Positions 35,423-47,885 of a stretch of 64,000 bases of DNA are shown one piece after another; the first letter of the stretch is position 1, and every line of letters starts with the position of its first letter. The stretch covers positions 1 to 64,000 of the forward strand of contig JALAGF010000504.1 in NCBI GenBank assembly GCA_030167865.1. The letters are read 5' to 3'. This DNA comes from Craspedostauros australis (lineage: Eukaryota). Under the pieces are notes generated by a model, which saw only the letters and a list, made by a program, of their open reading frames with translations, was not told where the DNA came from and searched no databases. The translations under genes were made by a program, and so were the position numbers.

Positions 35423-38400
35423 TTACTGCTGGTGCGATGATGAGGTTCTCCAGTACCCACCGCTTGCGTCGACGGCAAGCAGGGCCTCGCTGACGCTAGT
35501 GACATCTGCTCTGCGGATTCTGTGGATGCTGTCGAACACGCCCTCGCCGATGAAACCTGCCTTGTGCGCCAGGAAGCATGCGACGTGGACAGCCTTTTCG
35601 AGATGCAAGGAATCAATCTTCTTCTTCTTCTCAACCTTATCTTTGGGCTTGCCGCCGCTGTTGGTGTTGCCATCCTTCATCTTGTCCTTGTCCTTGGCCT
35701 TGTCCTTGGCCTTGTCCTTGCTGCCATCCTTGTTCTTCGGCTCTTTGTCGCGTGCGACGCGGCGGAACTGCTGCGTGTCCATGTCGAACGATCGAAGGTC
35801 GACTCCCTTGTGGTACAAAAAGTACAGCATGCGCTGCATGTGCGCCTCACTTGGCCTGTAGTGACCGGAGTGCGGATACAGCCGGGTGATGCAGCCATTC
35901 TCATCCGTGAGGATGATGCCAGCGGATGCCACCGCCTTGCCGCCAAAGAAGGAGGAATGGTGGAAGCGCTGCTTGGACTGCCCGTGGATGGACGTGATCT
36001 TTTCCGCACCGTACATCACCCCGTCACGAAGGACGAATATCCAACCGTCGGTGCCTGTGCAAACAGGATCGCCATCGACGTCGACCACGAGGCCTCTTCC
36101 GTTTTCGGCTGTTTTGATGTCGAGCGCGTACCGTTCAGTGGTTTTGGAGTTAGTGATGTACAGCACAGTGTCGGCATCCAGGACAGATCGAGGACACTCG
36201 TCCAGATTCGGCAGAGGCTGACCGGCCGCTTCACCTTTGGAGTCCAACCAACTGAAGAAGTTGTTTGTGGGGAAGCTGAGCTTCTCCCAGTACCTGTAGT
36301 ACAGTCGAAGATTCTTGCCGTATCTGTGGTACTTGTCGCTCACCTCGAGCCATGCCTTGCGATGCAGCTGTGCGTAGTTCCCTCGCTGTATGCCACGCTT
36401 GGTGATTTCCGGCGGATTCGCGCAGATTCCCTTGTACACGACCTCGTTGCTTTCGACTCCATCATTTAAGTCGTCAAGGAAAGTTGCCGAATCTCCCTCG
36501 AACGGCCATGCTGGTCGGACTTTGCGCTTTGCTGGGGCCTGTGAGTTTGCTGTGTCTGGTCTGGTGACTACCTGTATGCTCTGGATACTGACCTGCAGCG
36601 GAGGCTTGGAATTGACGACATCGTGCTCGGGAACGTTGCTCTCGTCGTGAATGCTCGCGCTCTGACTTTGGCCGGTAGCGGCATTGCCGTTGCCTCGGAT
36701 TTGCTTACTATCACGATCATGCTCCTGCTCGTGTTGAGTCTCCTCGGGTTGCCCCAGCACAGATTTCTTCTCATCTGCCGTCGGTGCCGTGCCAACGGAT
36801 CGTTGATGGAATGACACGTCGGCAACATCGAATCCCGACACGTCTTGTGATTCGCCATGACGCGTTGGGAGATGAATCTCCTTCGGCTCGAATGATGCGT
36901 CATCATCATCGTCGTCAGGATCGTCGTCGTTGTCTTCGATGATACACAGCTCGTCTCCACGTCGCATGGGGATTCGTTCCCCGACTGCCTGTGCGAACTC
37001 CATGGCCTCGTTGACACGCCGTTGCTCCGCACGCTCGGCCTGAGCAGTTTCGTCCTTGTTCCTCTTCGCCTTTTCTCTCATGCTCGATTCGACCTCCTGA
37101 GCAACAGACACAGGGGATGCCGTGGTCTCCTCCTCGAGCTGGTCATCGCCACCCACATCGTTGTTGCTGTTGCCATTGCTTGTGTTGTTACCAGTGACAG
37201 CGGTGTTTTTGTTATTGTCGTTGTGCTTATTATCGCTGCTGATGTGGTCGCTGCTTTCCGTCGGGATTCTTCTCACCTCACCAGAGAGGCATCGGCGGAA
37301 GCCGCGTTCGGAATCCTTGTTTTTGCCGTCGTTGCTGCTGCTGCCGCTAGATGAGAGCGGCGGTATGGAAAAGTCTGCTGCTGGAGATTCTGCGGTTGTT
37401 GAAGGTTCCCGCTTCACAGGCATGGCTTGGTGACGAGGGCTGCAGTCATCGTTGCTCACCGTACCAAAGATGCTGTTAGTGCCCTGACTGTCCACGCTCG
37501 CACCTTTTGATGCTTGAGATGGTGCAAGTCTTCTGAGGCTGCCTGTGCTTCCAAAGATTCCCGTGCCCATGCCAGCGCCGATGGCACTTCCGGTCGCATT
37601 TGTAGCATTCCCAATACTTCCGAATACACCACCACCACGAGCAGCAGCAGCAGCAGCAGAACCAGCAACAACGACAGGAGCAGTAGTGACAATGGCAGTG
37701 GCAGTGGCAGCACCGATATCAAGACCCATCGCAGACACCGCTTTGGTGCTGTTGATTTTTCGGTGCAGAATGTGCCGTTGATTGAGAGGTGACACCTGCC
37801 GTTGCTGCGATGGTGGGAGCTGGGTCTGACGAAAGGATGAAAGCGAACCAAAGACTGTGGCGATGCCGCTTCTGCTCGTAGTTTCGTTTGCGCTGTCACT
37901 CACGCCCGCGCTTGCGTCCAAGTCCATGTTTGAGATCGAATGCGCGCTCGCATTCCCCAGGCTCGCTGTGTTGATGAACGGTGACCCCGATGGCTTTCTG
38001 GGTGGGGACGATGGAGATGGGTGGATGCGTGCGACCATGGGACTTGCAGTGATCGCAGCTGCTGGGATCATTGGCAGATCGTCGAGCGGCAGCGATCGAT
38101 CCTTCGGTCTGAGGATGGGCGTGCCACCCGGTGAATACTGCGAAACCTGAGACGAGGCGTAGTGCATGGATTCCAACAGGTCAGCATCTTGCTCTCTCAT
38201 CATGGGCGATACCTCGATCGAAGGGAAATTGCCGCTTCTGTCGCCTCTCTGATGCGTTGTTGATGGGGTTGAGAAGGTGTTGGGCGTCGGAGAAGTCAAT
38301 ACGCAGACATCATCGGTGCAGGTTTGAGCCTGGTGCTGGCTTCCTGCATTGGCCCCATCGATACCAACGCCGCTATCACCCTGATCCCGCTCATCCATCC

Positions 38401-38503
38401 CATCCAGGGACAGGAATGACAGAGCTTCCGTGTCTGGTCCTGTTGCGGTTGCTGGTGCGACTGCGTCAGCTGCTGCGCCAGGCGCACTTGTTGTCCCCTG
38501 CAT
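35423..38503 (-). CDS. IQM-family-like protein: long disordered N-terminus + conserved HHSS/HSGHYRP core
   Basis: WLEVSDKYHRYGKNLRLYY, FFSWLD, WIFVL, FHHSSFFGGKAVASAG and YPHSGHYRP match the plant/fungal IQM core. First ATG is 38503. Confidence 0.85.
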   Translation of the reverse strand: MQGTTSAPGAAADAVAPATATGPDTEALSFLSLDGMDERDQGDSGVGIDGANAGSQHQAQTCTDDVCVLTSPTPNTFSTPSTTHQRGDRSGNFPSIEVSPMMREQDADLLESMHYASSQVSQYSPGGTPILRPKDRSLPLDDLPMIPAAAITASPMVARIHPSPSSPPRKPSGSPFINTASLGNASAHSISNMDLDASAGVSDSANETTSRSGIATVFGSLSSFRQTQLPPSQQRQVSPLNQRHILHRKINSTKAVSAMGLDIGAATATAIVTTAPVVVAGSAAAAAARGGGVFGSIGNATNATGSAIGAGMGTGIFGSTGSLRRLAPSQASKGASVDSQGTNSIFGTVSNDDCSPRHQAMPVKREPSTTAESPAADFSIPPLSSSGSSSNDGKNKDSERGFRRCLSGEVRRIPTESSDHISSDNKHNDNNKNTAVTGNNTSNGNSNNDVGGDDQLEEETTASPVSVAQEVESSMREKAKRNKDETAQAERAEQRRVNEAMEFAQAVGERIPMRRGDELCIIEDNDDDPDDDDDDASFEPKEIHLPTRHGESQDVSGFDVADVSFHQRSVGTAPTADEKKSVLGQPEETQHEQEHDRDSKQIRGNGNAATGQSQSASIHDESNVPEHDVVNSKPPLQVSIQSIQVVTRPDTANSQAPAKRKVRPAWPFEGDSATFLDDLNDGVESNEVVYKGICANPPEITKRGIQRGNYAQLHRKAWLEVSDKYHRYGKNLRLYYRYWEKLSFPTNNFFSWLDSKGEAAGQPLPNLDECPRSVLDADTVLYITNSKTTERYALDIKTAENGRGLVVDVDGDPVCTGTDGWIFVLRDGVMYGAEKITSIHGQSKQRFHHSSFFGGKAVASAGIILTDENGCITRLYPHSGHYRPSEAHMQRMLYFLYHKGVDLRSFDMDTQQFRRVARDKEPKNKDGSKDKAKDKAKDKDKMKDGNTNSGGKPKDKVEKKKKIDSLHLEKAVHVACFLAHKAGFIGEGVFDSIHRIRRADVTSVSEALLAVDASGGYWRTSSSHQQ

Positions 38504-39758
38504 GGTATCGATGTATCGCCCTCTGGAAGTTGAGTCTGCGAGGGATCTCTGCGCTTCGATGTTCGCACGTCTCTGTTTTTGTGTGCTCTGCTTTGTTTTG
38601 CCTTGCTTCACTGCTACTCTGCTACTCTGCGATAAATACTGGAGCGCGCGCGTTTCAGTGCACGAATTCTGCGCCACTCAGAACTCTCACGTTGGGACAA
38701 TTTGCTGCTTCTCTGTTTCACTTCGTCGACAGCCACAAGCCTCTCCAGAGACGCGCTGCCCCCCCTTCCTTGGTTCGATGAGGCAGGTGACGGTGTTGCT
38801 GATCCTGCACCAAACGCACTTCCACTATGATGAATCAAGTGACCAATGCTCGGGCAATGAATCGTCGTCCGAATCTGTCGATGGCGAATCTCTTTCCTCG
38901 TTTGCTCAACCTGTCTTCTTTTGCTTTCTCTTGTGATTGTCCACGTTTTGCGGGGAGGTGATGCTAAATAAAATATTTAATAATTAGTGGATTGTCCAGG
39001 CCTTTCTTGGAAAGACTTGTCCCAGTGATTGCAAAACTAACAATAGTACGACCTAATTCGTGAATGAGCCTCTTCAAGTACATTATGTACAATAACCAAT
39101 ATTATCACTGGTTTTCCGATACATTTTGGTTGGAGGTGTGCGGTGTTGTGTGTCTTGTGTCGTGGGTTGCGTGTTCTTTGGCCTTGTTCAAACAAAAGCC
39201 TGGCAACGCCTGCCCCCACACCGGCAGTTATTTGGGGGGTAGAACACCGTCTAAGCCAATCATTTCGCTCGGAGAACATTGATCGTGCCAAGAATTGCTC
39301 TTTTGCGAAATCGTCCCCCCCGAAATTTCCCCGCTTGCTTGCTCCCGAAGGTCACACAAATCGCGCGCAACGCCACAATTCGCAAACCAAAACAAGCGCA
39401 TGATCAACCAGAACGCAACCAAACACGTCACCCACACAAACAAGCAAGTAGACAAGACGCAGAACCATGATGGAACGATGCAAGTCCAGAGCCTCCACAA
39501 CACGAGCATCAGCACAATCTATGGGGATTTGTTTGGGTTGGATGCCTCACATCCGGGTGCGAGTACGAACATGAGTCCATGCGATAGTTTGAAATAGCAC
39601 AACGATGTAATTTTGATGCACACGTGTTTGCAGGATTCAGAGGATCCGCTCTGCGCGTACTCTACAGATATTCTTCTGTATTATACAGGCCATGCCCTTC
39701 ATCGTGGTAAAACTATTACTCCTTTCGTGCTCGGAAAGGCGCACGATTGATGGCATCG

Positions 39759-42700
39759 CTACAAGTCCATCTCGAGCTTGTCCGTCTGTGGGGCCCCGGA
39801 CGAGTGGCGGAGCGCATGCACGCGCACCATGCATCGCTCCTCAATCGCTTCCTTCGCGCGTGGACCGAAAGAGATCGAAGGCTCTCGTTTCATACGTTTC
39901 AAAGCCTGCGTCAGCGAATCGATCACGTTGTTGCACCCAGAGCTATCCTCGATGTTGATGGGCATATGGACGATCGCATTCACTATGGAAGCAAGGTCTG
40001 CCACCGATGCCGTCTGCTTCAGCAACCAAGCCACGTCGCGGATCTCCAACGATTGTCCATGGTGACCCGGTGGTACGAAAGTCGCTTGCACGGTACGCGC
40101 CTCGCCATCAACGTTGGCTTCAGCTGAAACTGTTGCGGACACGACATCTCCAAGCGTGCGGATCGTTCTCATGAAACGTTTCAACACCTCGCTCGTTTCT
40201 ATGGTTTCTCCGGCTTCGGCTTCAGCTTCGTCCATCATCCCCAGCTTCCGCGATGCGACCGACACCAAACCTGCTATCAAGTTCCGAATCTCGCAAAGGT
40301 AGTTCGTGGAGGACGTGTACGAATCTGGAAAGTTGCACGCGCCCATTGCCGCTTCATGAACCAGATCTAGGAGGGAGATGAATATCCTTGGTGAGGCCAG
40401 GATATCCGATCGCATGGCCACTTCGCAGCTCAGCCAGGTCAGCAGCCCCAGCTTGGACACCAGGTGATGCACTGCCCGTTTTTGGCCGCCGTTGAGCATG
40501 CCTCGCAGCGCGTTCCACACACCCATCAGCTCCCTCTCCAGATTCACAAAGCTCCCGCCATGCGAACTACCGTGCGAACTGCCACGCGCTGAGCCGTGCC
40601 TCATCAAGCTCTCTGCGTGCGACATGATCAATTCCGGAGCATGGCATGCCGCCACCAAGGTAAAGCAATGCTCATCGATGCAGCCGTGGAGCAGCAGCTG
40701 AAGCGCCCACACCCTTTCGCTGTGGGCTTGGACGGCATCTTCGCTGGCCGAGCAGAAGAATGCCATGAAGCCAGGCACTCGGTTGAGATCCTGGAAGGCG
40801 CCGTGGTCTGCGGACGATTTGAGGTAGTACCGATTCATCGGTGCGAACATCGGGTCTTCCGGTCTGGCGATAATGAAGCACGATTTTGCGATGAAGTATG
40901 CGACGATGCCAGGAAGTCGAGGGATGCTGGAACCATCCAGGCTTGGTGCGTCGCCCGTCGCGTGGCGGATGGCCAGTGCGCGTTGGATGGAGTTGATGAG
41001 CATGACGAGCTGCGGCCGCTGGCGCCAAGATGCCAGTCGGCGAGCCTCTTCGGATTGGCACACCTTGAGGATCATACCCACAATGCATATGCCCATTTGT
41101 CGGATGCTTGGGCACATGCTTGCGAGCGAAGCCATGGCGATGCTCAGCCCGCCCCTGTCGCACAGCTTTTGCACGAATTCTGCGCGCATCTTGTTGCGTC
41201 CTATTGTCGAATCATCCATGTCCTTCAGCTGTCTGGTGCTGCCAAAACTGGTGCTGGTGTTGCGAGCGTTGTTATTGTGGCTATTGCTGTTGCTGTTTTG
41301 ACGCGAGCGGCTGTTGGCTATCTCTGCATCCATGGCGTCCGTGCTTGACGCCTCGGATGAATCATCAGTACTGACATCGCTGTCGCTGCCATCACTCCCG
41401 CCGTCTTCATTGTCGGTCACCATCTGTGCATCATCACCACTACCAGCGTCGAATACGTTGAAGAATTCCAGCGAGGCGAGGAGCAACGGCAACAGGAAGG
41501 CCGGGCTGTACGGCACTCTTTGCCTCTGCTTTGCACGCCCGTGCGTCGTCTCGTTGGCGATCTCATCGGCATTGGAATAAGCATTGCCGTTGATAGTGGG
41601 CTGGGTTGTGAAAGGTGCAGCGGTGGAACCTTGGGCAGTATTTGTGACGTTAGCAAAGATGTTGGCAGGAACGCCGAGCTTTGCCGTTGCAGCGTCGCGG
41701 GTCAGCGCGGCATCCAGCGCACTGGAATTGACCACCCCGTCGTTCTGGTTCGTGCTAATAGGCGCAATCGAGTCAGATCGTGGGTACTTTTCGATGGTCG
41801 CATGCACCCTGGAAACATCCAAGGATTCCAGCAGCCAATCCCATGGCGACGCTCGCGACGGGTCAGATGCATCCTGGGTGTTCCATCGTAGGGAGTCGAG
41901 ATGGGGGACTGACGAGGCCTGCAACAGCACAGAAAATGTATCCAGAATACAGTACGATGCATTCCAATAGTGAAGTAATCGGATGCACGTAGGACAGAGT
42001 GCATTCAAGATGAGATAGGTGAGCTGAGGTTAGTTCATGAATGCCGACGACACGAACACAAACGACACTGCCACCTCTGTTTACAACAGCGCACGTACCT
42101 TGCCATCGGCATTGTTGCGATTTTGGATGTAAAATTCACGGAAGAGCTGATCGTAAAGCGTCGTTCCGGCGCGGAATGGTTTGGCTAACACAGCCCAAAC
42201 TTCAGCGTCGACGGTAGGTTTGGAAGCAGCCGTCGAATAACAGCAAATGATGAGCTTCATCATCTCTGTGGTGTAGTCGTTGGAAGCAGATTCGTTGCTG
42301 AAAGCCTCGGCGAATTGGGAGTGGGAAACGATCATCTCGAAGATGTCGCTTGATTCTAGAGTTTGCCCATTGTCATCGCTTGTGTCCATTTCATGTACCA
42401 GGCCTGTTGTTTTGTCGGCGGTGGTGTTGTGGAAATCACAAACAACGAGACGTGCGACCTTGAGGCACAGTGTTTGCACTTCGCCCGCGTTGGCTACGAT
42501 GCCATCCTTCAGAACCCGTCGGACCACTTGAGTGAAAAGCAGTGCCGCGGTGTCTCGTTCTGGCGTCGTGTGTCTATGTGATAGTCGATTCTGGGCGATG
42601 TCACAGATAACCAACATGATGTTGGAAAGTGCGCCATCCACATCAAACTCATCAAACTTCTTCATCAGCCTGTTTTTTTGCTTTCTTACCCGTAGCATGT

Positions 42701-45700
42701 AGCGACATGCGCCATGCAGCAGGCTTGTGCTTAGCGATTGTGCGGATACAATGGATGGGTCTGATGATTCCGTCTTTGATATTGCGTGCATGATCGTTGT
42801 CGCAAGCTTCATTGTGCGGATTCCCACATCGATCTGCCGTGGACCGATGGTCATATCCGCCTGATGATTCAGGATGTCACCAAGACGATCCCAGAGATCG
42901 TCAGGATAATGGTCAGGAAGCGCATTGGTCACCAGCTCTTCGATCACGTGCAGCAGTACCTCAGCTTCATCCATGCTGTCGGTTGCGCAAAGCTGGAGCA
43001 GGAAGAAGTTGAAGGATTGTTGCCTTTGCTGCCGCACCAGCAGCTGCTGCTCCTCTTCTTGTGCTTGGCTCGCATCGTCCACCCGAGCCTTCATTCGAGC
43101 AGCAATGTAGTTGTGCACATACTGTTGCCATCGGGTGAACGAATCGGGATGTGTCTTCGTCGCAATACCGACTGCGGTATCCTGCAGATATCCACCATCA
43201 AAGTCGGAGACTGCTCGAATGATTCGCAGCAAATCATCGACGACTTTTATGTTCGAGTTTTTCGCACAACCCAAGCAGCACTTCGCGAACACATCTGCTG
43301 GTTTCCTTACCAGCAGCGCCATGACAGTGGACGAATGATCATCATTGCTACACGCGTTGCTGCTGACCAATTGCGTCAAGTGAGTGGCAAAGGTTCGCGA
43401 CTGTTCCTTGGAATCGCAAGCCATTGACCACCAGGTGTTGAAAACGTCGGCCGTCAGCTCGAGGCTCAGTGCTGTCGTTCTCGCTGCAGGTGCTGCGGCT
43501 CGTGGCGATGGTAGTATATGAGATTCATCATATGAAGCCTCATTCAGAGTCAACTCCACCAGTTCGCCAAGTGATGCACTCGCGCCGGCCGATAGCTTGG
43601 CAAGCGCGACCTTGATGGCAATTGCAGATTCCGGCGGCACATGCGGCAGGACGATCTTGGCCACCAAGATATTTTCCATCAACGTATCATCCAGGTCTGG
43701 GGCTTTGCCTTGACCGCTCTCGCGAGTATGAAGTCTTCGCGAAACATCGTTGCCAAGTCGATCTGTCCCATGTGCAGCTTGAGATGCCGTCAACATCATA
43801 ATCACCAGCTTTTGGTTGCTATCAATGTTGGCGATCATTCGGTACAGAAAGTCGTCGGCGACGATCCCATCCGGGATCTCTCCATTGCGCACTTTCTGCA
43901 CAAAGATACACGCGACAGTGCTGAATCGATGTTGGAGCCGTTTCTGCTGTTGTTCCTGCCCCAGCTGGTCCCCCGCACTGTCGGCGACAACCAATAAGTG
44001 GAAAAGTGCTCGCAATGCCACAATCAAGTTTGCACCAGAGTATTTGCACATCGCGCTCAACGCTTCTTCTTGGTCGTGGTCGCCGCCATCATGGTCGCCA
44101 ATGACGGATGCATCGTGCCCGAATTTCCGCAGGGTCTGAAGAACAGGATCCCTTGCAAATAATCCGGGAAGAACCTGCGTTTGCACTCTCTCTTCTGTTG
44201 CTGTGCTCTGTGTCTTGCTTTGTAGTTCCTTCGGTGTTTGTGTCAGATACGCTGCGTACTCTTTGATGCTTGCGTCGATGGGAGCTTCGCATTTGGATAT
44301 CACTTCTGCCAACAGCATCGGATTGGGTTGAAATAGCAAACACCGACGCAAGATGTAGGACATGATCTGGGACGCATTGCGTGCTTTCAGACTGTTCGTT
44401 CCGACCAGCAGCGATATCATAAACCGCGAGCAAGGTCGCAGCAGCATGGATCGGATCGGTAGGCTGGGGTGGAAGGTGTGGCTGGATGGATTGCCACACG
44501 CGAAGATTTTGTTGCAAAAATCATTGATGGAATCCGGGGACAAACAATCGATCCAGCACATCGTCTCGAATGATGAGTACTGACGATCCGAGATGTTGGT
44601 CTCGTCCCTTCCAAACAAGATCGATTCCAGCATGATTTGCAGCAGCCCGCGCGAAATTTCGTAAATCAGCTTGGATGTTGCAGCGACGGCGATATGCGAC
44701 GTTATGTTGAGGAGGTTGGATGAGCACTGCATGTTAGGGTTGGCCTTGTATGCCCGTGTCACCGTCTCCAGCAGCCGCACCTGTGATGGCTTCGGCATTC
44801 GTTGGAATTCTCGCACGTCCGAAGGGAAAAGCTTGAACCAATCGTACTGCAAACCATCAAGCGTGCTCGGTAAAATCGTGAGGTACGTATCGATGGCGAG
44901 ATGCAGATGATCAAGAGCGATGGTCTTTTGGCGACGATCCGATGATGCCTTGGACGAGAACTTGGACCGCATTGCGAGAAGTTGTCCCAGTTCGGGCAGT
45001 TGGCGAGAGAGCGATGCAACGATGCCATTCGTCAAGTCGCTGCTCATCTTGCCTTTGAATTCTTGCTTGAATGTTGCAAATCGCCGAACTACCGCGATAA
45101 TGAATTGCAAGGTGCTGACGACCAGGAGGGTATCGGGACTGAAGACGATCTTGTTGAGCTGCATCTTTTGGAACTTGCCGGGCATCAGGAAGGATGCCAC
45201 ATGCTCAGGCGTTTGTGAGTTCAGCCCTGCCATGATTCCCGATGATTCCATGCAACGCTTGGGTGAAGGACCCTTGGATGTGAGCATCGTCACCATCGCC
45301 AAGCGCGTGAGACAAGAGTATTTGTGCTTTGCCAAGGGGAACGGTATGGCATTCACGAAGGGTTGGTAAAGGTGCGGGCAGGAGTTGAGAGCATCGAGAA
45401 GCAGATGGCGTGGCGTCTTCCCAACGTTCTGCTTTTGGTAGAGCTGCAACAGGATCTTGGTGAGCTGCGCGAGCGGATTCTTCGCCCACAAACCGCCACG
45501 GGCGATCAGCTGCAGCAACGGTGACCGTTTGGGCTGGCGCAGAAGGAGAAGAAGGAAGTGCGCGGCTGCCGTCGACACCATCTCGTGGGCTGACTGCATT
45601 GCATCGCCGGGATCATTTGCAACGAGGTCGTCGATGGCGTGCGCTGACTTCATCGCTTTGGATTGGGTCGCCAATGCCACGATGGACGAAAGAGTGTCCT

Positions 45701-47171
45701 GACCCAACGAATCTGACAGTACCTTGCAGGTTGATGGAGACGCTCCCTCGCTGCAGTAACGGTACTGGATCGTGTCGATGAGAAGCCGCATGGTGAGGAG
45801 GAACTTGTCGGCGTGCGATGAATGCTGCGCCGCTGTCTTCGTTCCCTCCGCGAGAGACATGTGGAGGATTCCAGGGCGTATCTTGCGCTCCCGGCTTCCC
45901 GTCGTCATGATGAAGGAGTCGATGCGTCGATCTCCCACGACCGCCAGCGTGACCGCGAGCCTGATGGCTTCAATCTTCGTCTCCTCGATGGCGCTGCTGG
46001 GTTGCTTGCTGGAATTCGCAGCTTTTGATTTGCCATCTACGCCGCTGTCCATCTTCGATTGGGCGCTGGTGCTTTGGCTTTGTTTTTGGGCTGCTGCTTG
46101 TGCTTGCACCTGCCTGGAGGTTTTGAGGAGAGAGGACAGGGCGCCATCGGATATCCGTTCCTGCACGGTCTCGGTGACGATGCGTGCGTTAGCGACGGTC
46201 GTGCAGGCGAGGTATCGCAGCACCCGCAGAGCGAAGGGCGAGAGGAGCTGCTGCGTTCCGTTGTTGCCGAGCTTTCCCTTGCCGTTGTTCGTTTCGTCAT
46301 TGAAGACGGAGATGATATCCGCTAGGCGGTTGGCGGTGATCTGGTGGAGGAATCGTGATGCCAGGGGATTGAGCTCATCCTGGAGCCACTGCGCATCCTG
46401 CATGGATTTGAGGGCGAATATCTGCTTGCCAACGAAGTGCTGGATTCTGTGGATTGGAATCGCGGCCGTGATGAGCTCTGCCAGCGCGATGAGGTATGCC
46501 TTGTATATGGCTCTGGACAGACGCCCCCTGTGACGTCGCACGAGGATGCGGTGGATGGCAGCATCCGGCGCTGATGGAATGAGCTGCGAGCCAGTCAGCT
46601 CGATGGCCATGGGACTCTTGTTGAGGTAGGCCTTGAGGAATCCAGTGGGCCATTCTCCCTTGACCACGGTGCCCGTATCCCCCTTGGCAACGGAGGTCCC
46701 GACGAATTGGTTGCCCCAGCCGCCTGTATCTTCTTTCCACGCTTCGTTCTTTTTGAACTTTTTGCGGAATGGCAAGGTGGTGTCGGCATCCTTGGTGTCG
46801 TCCTTGCCATCAGGTTCAGTGTCTGCATCTGCATTGCTTCGTGTTTCTTGGTTATTTCCCTCATCGTTCTGATCGTTGTCATCATTGTTGTCATCATTGT
46901 TGTCATCATCGTTGTCATCATCATTGTCATCAAGATGCTCCAAATGATCCAGGCCATCGTTCGGCGCATCTCGTTGAGACTGGTCGCCGCCATCTGCACT
47001 TCCTCCCACAAACCCTATTGGCCCAAGCATAGACAGCGCCGCTTTGCGCTGCGCTCGCACCGTCTCCGTGAACGACCTCAAGGCCGAGAGGACGGCATTC
47101 GGATTCTCGCCATTCAAGGCGGCCGCAAATTCGCTGGCGCCGATCGTTGTCGGTGGTCGTGGGCGCTTCAT
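39759..47171 (-). CDS. URB1: Nucleolar pre-ribosomal-associated protein 1 (URB1/Npa1)-like, ~2410 aa
   Basis: complement join(39759..41918,42099..47171), phase-0 GT-AG intron. Large helical protein with C-terminal motifs YSPAFLLP, LSIAMASLAS, PEDPMFAPMNRY, VPGF and ERVWALQLL. Confidence 0.8.
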
Positions 47172-47885
47172 CGTCGAAATGTCGAAGACGAGATCACAAC
47201 GCCCTCAATGACTTTCCAGGACCGTCTTGATTGCCTGTCCGCGTTTGGTCTCTTTGGACGAGTATAGTATGTACGAGTATGGTGTTGGAATGAAGATGTG
47301 GAGTGGTGCTCGTATTATTAGTACTAGTATGGAGTGTGTAGAAAAAATGCCGACATGATGTGATGCCATGCTCCGCGATGTGACGTGACGTGACAGGATG
47401 CAGCGCAATGTGATGGGTGAATTCTTACCCACTTTTTGGTGGTTGGGCGAGAAGAACAATCATTCGGATGAATCGAAGATTCTGTGTTGGTACTTATGTA
47501 GGCCTATATTTGATTTGTCGCATTTTGTGCTGTCATCTGTCGAGGTGACTTTTGTGGTGATCCCAACGCAGCATCAAACGCCAACGGGCTGGACGACACG
47601 CAACAAACCCATGCCCACCAATGAAGCGACAGCATCGACAATGTCCAAGGCATCCCATTTGCATTGGAGAACAGGTATCACACCATAGATCGTGCTATAC
47701 TCGTATCGCACTCCTACATACTCCTGTTTCTTCGTCTGCCAGAGACAAGGACTTGGAACATCCACGATCGCGGGACGAAGACGCAGAACGAGAGCATCAT
47801 ACTCGTACGACACGTAGTGTGTAATACAGTAGAGCGCTCTTGGTCGTGCTCTCTGGAGTAGTTGACGCAGAGGTAAACCGCGAAG
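47172..47885. promoter_or_regulatory. Putative bidirectional promoter URB1 / LEO1
   Basis: 714 bp between divergent ATGs; tandem TGACG at 47381-47394. Confidence 0.55.
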
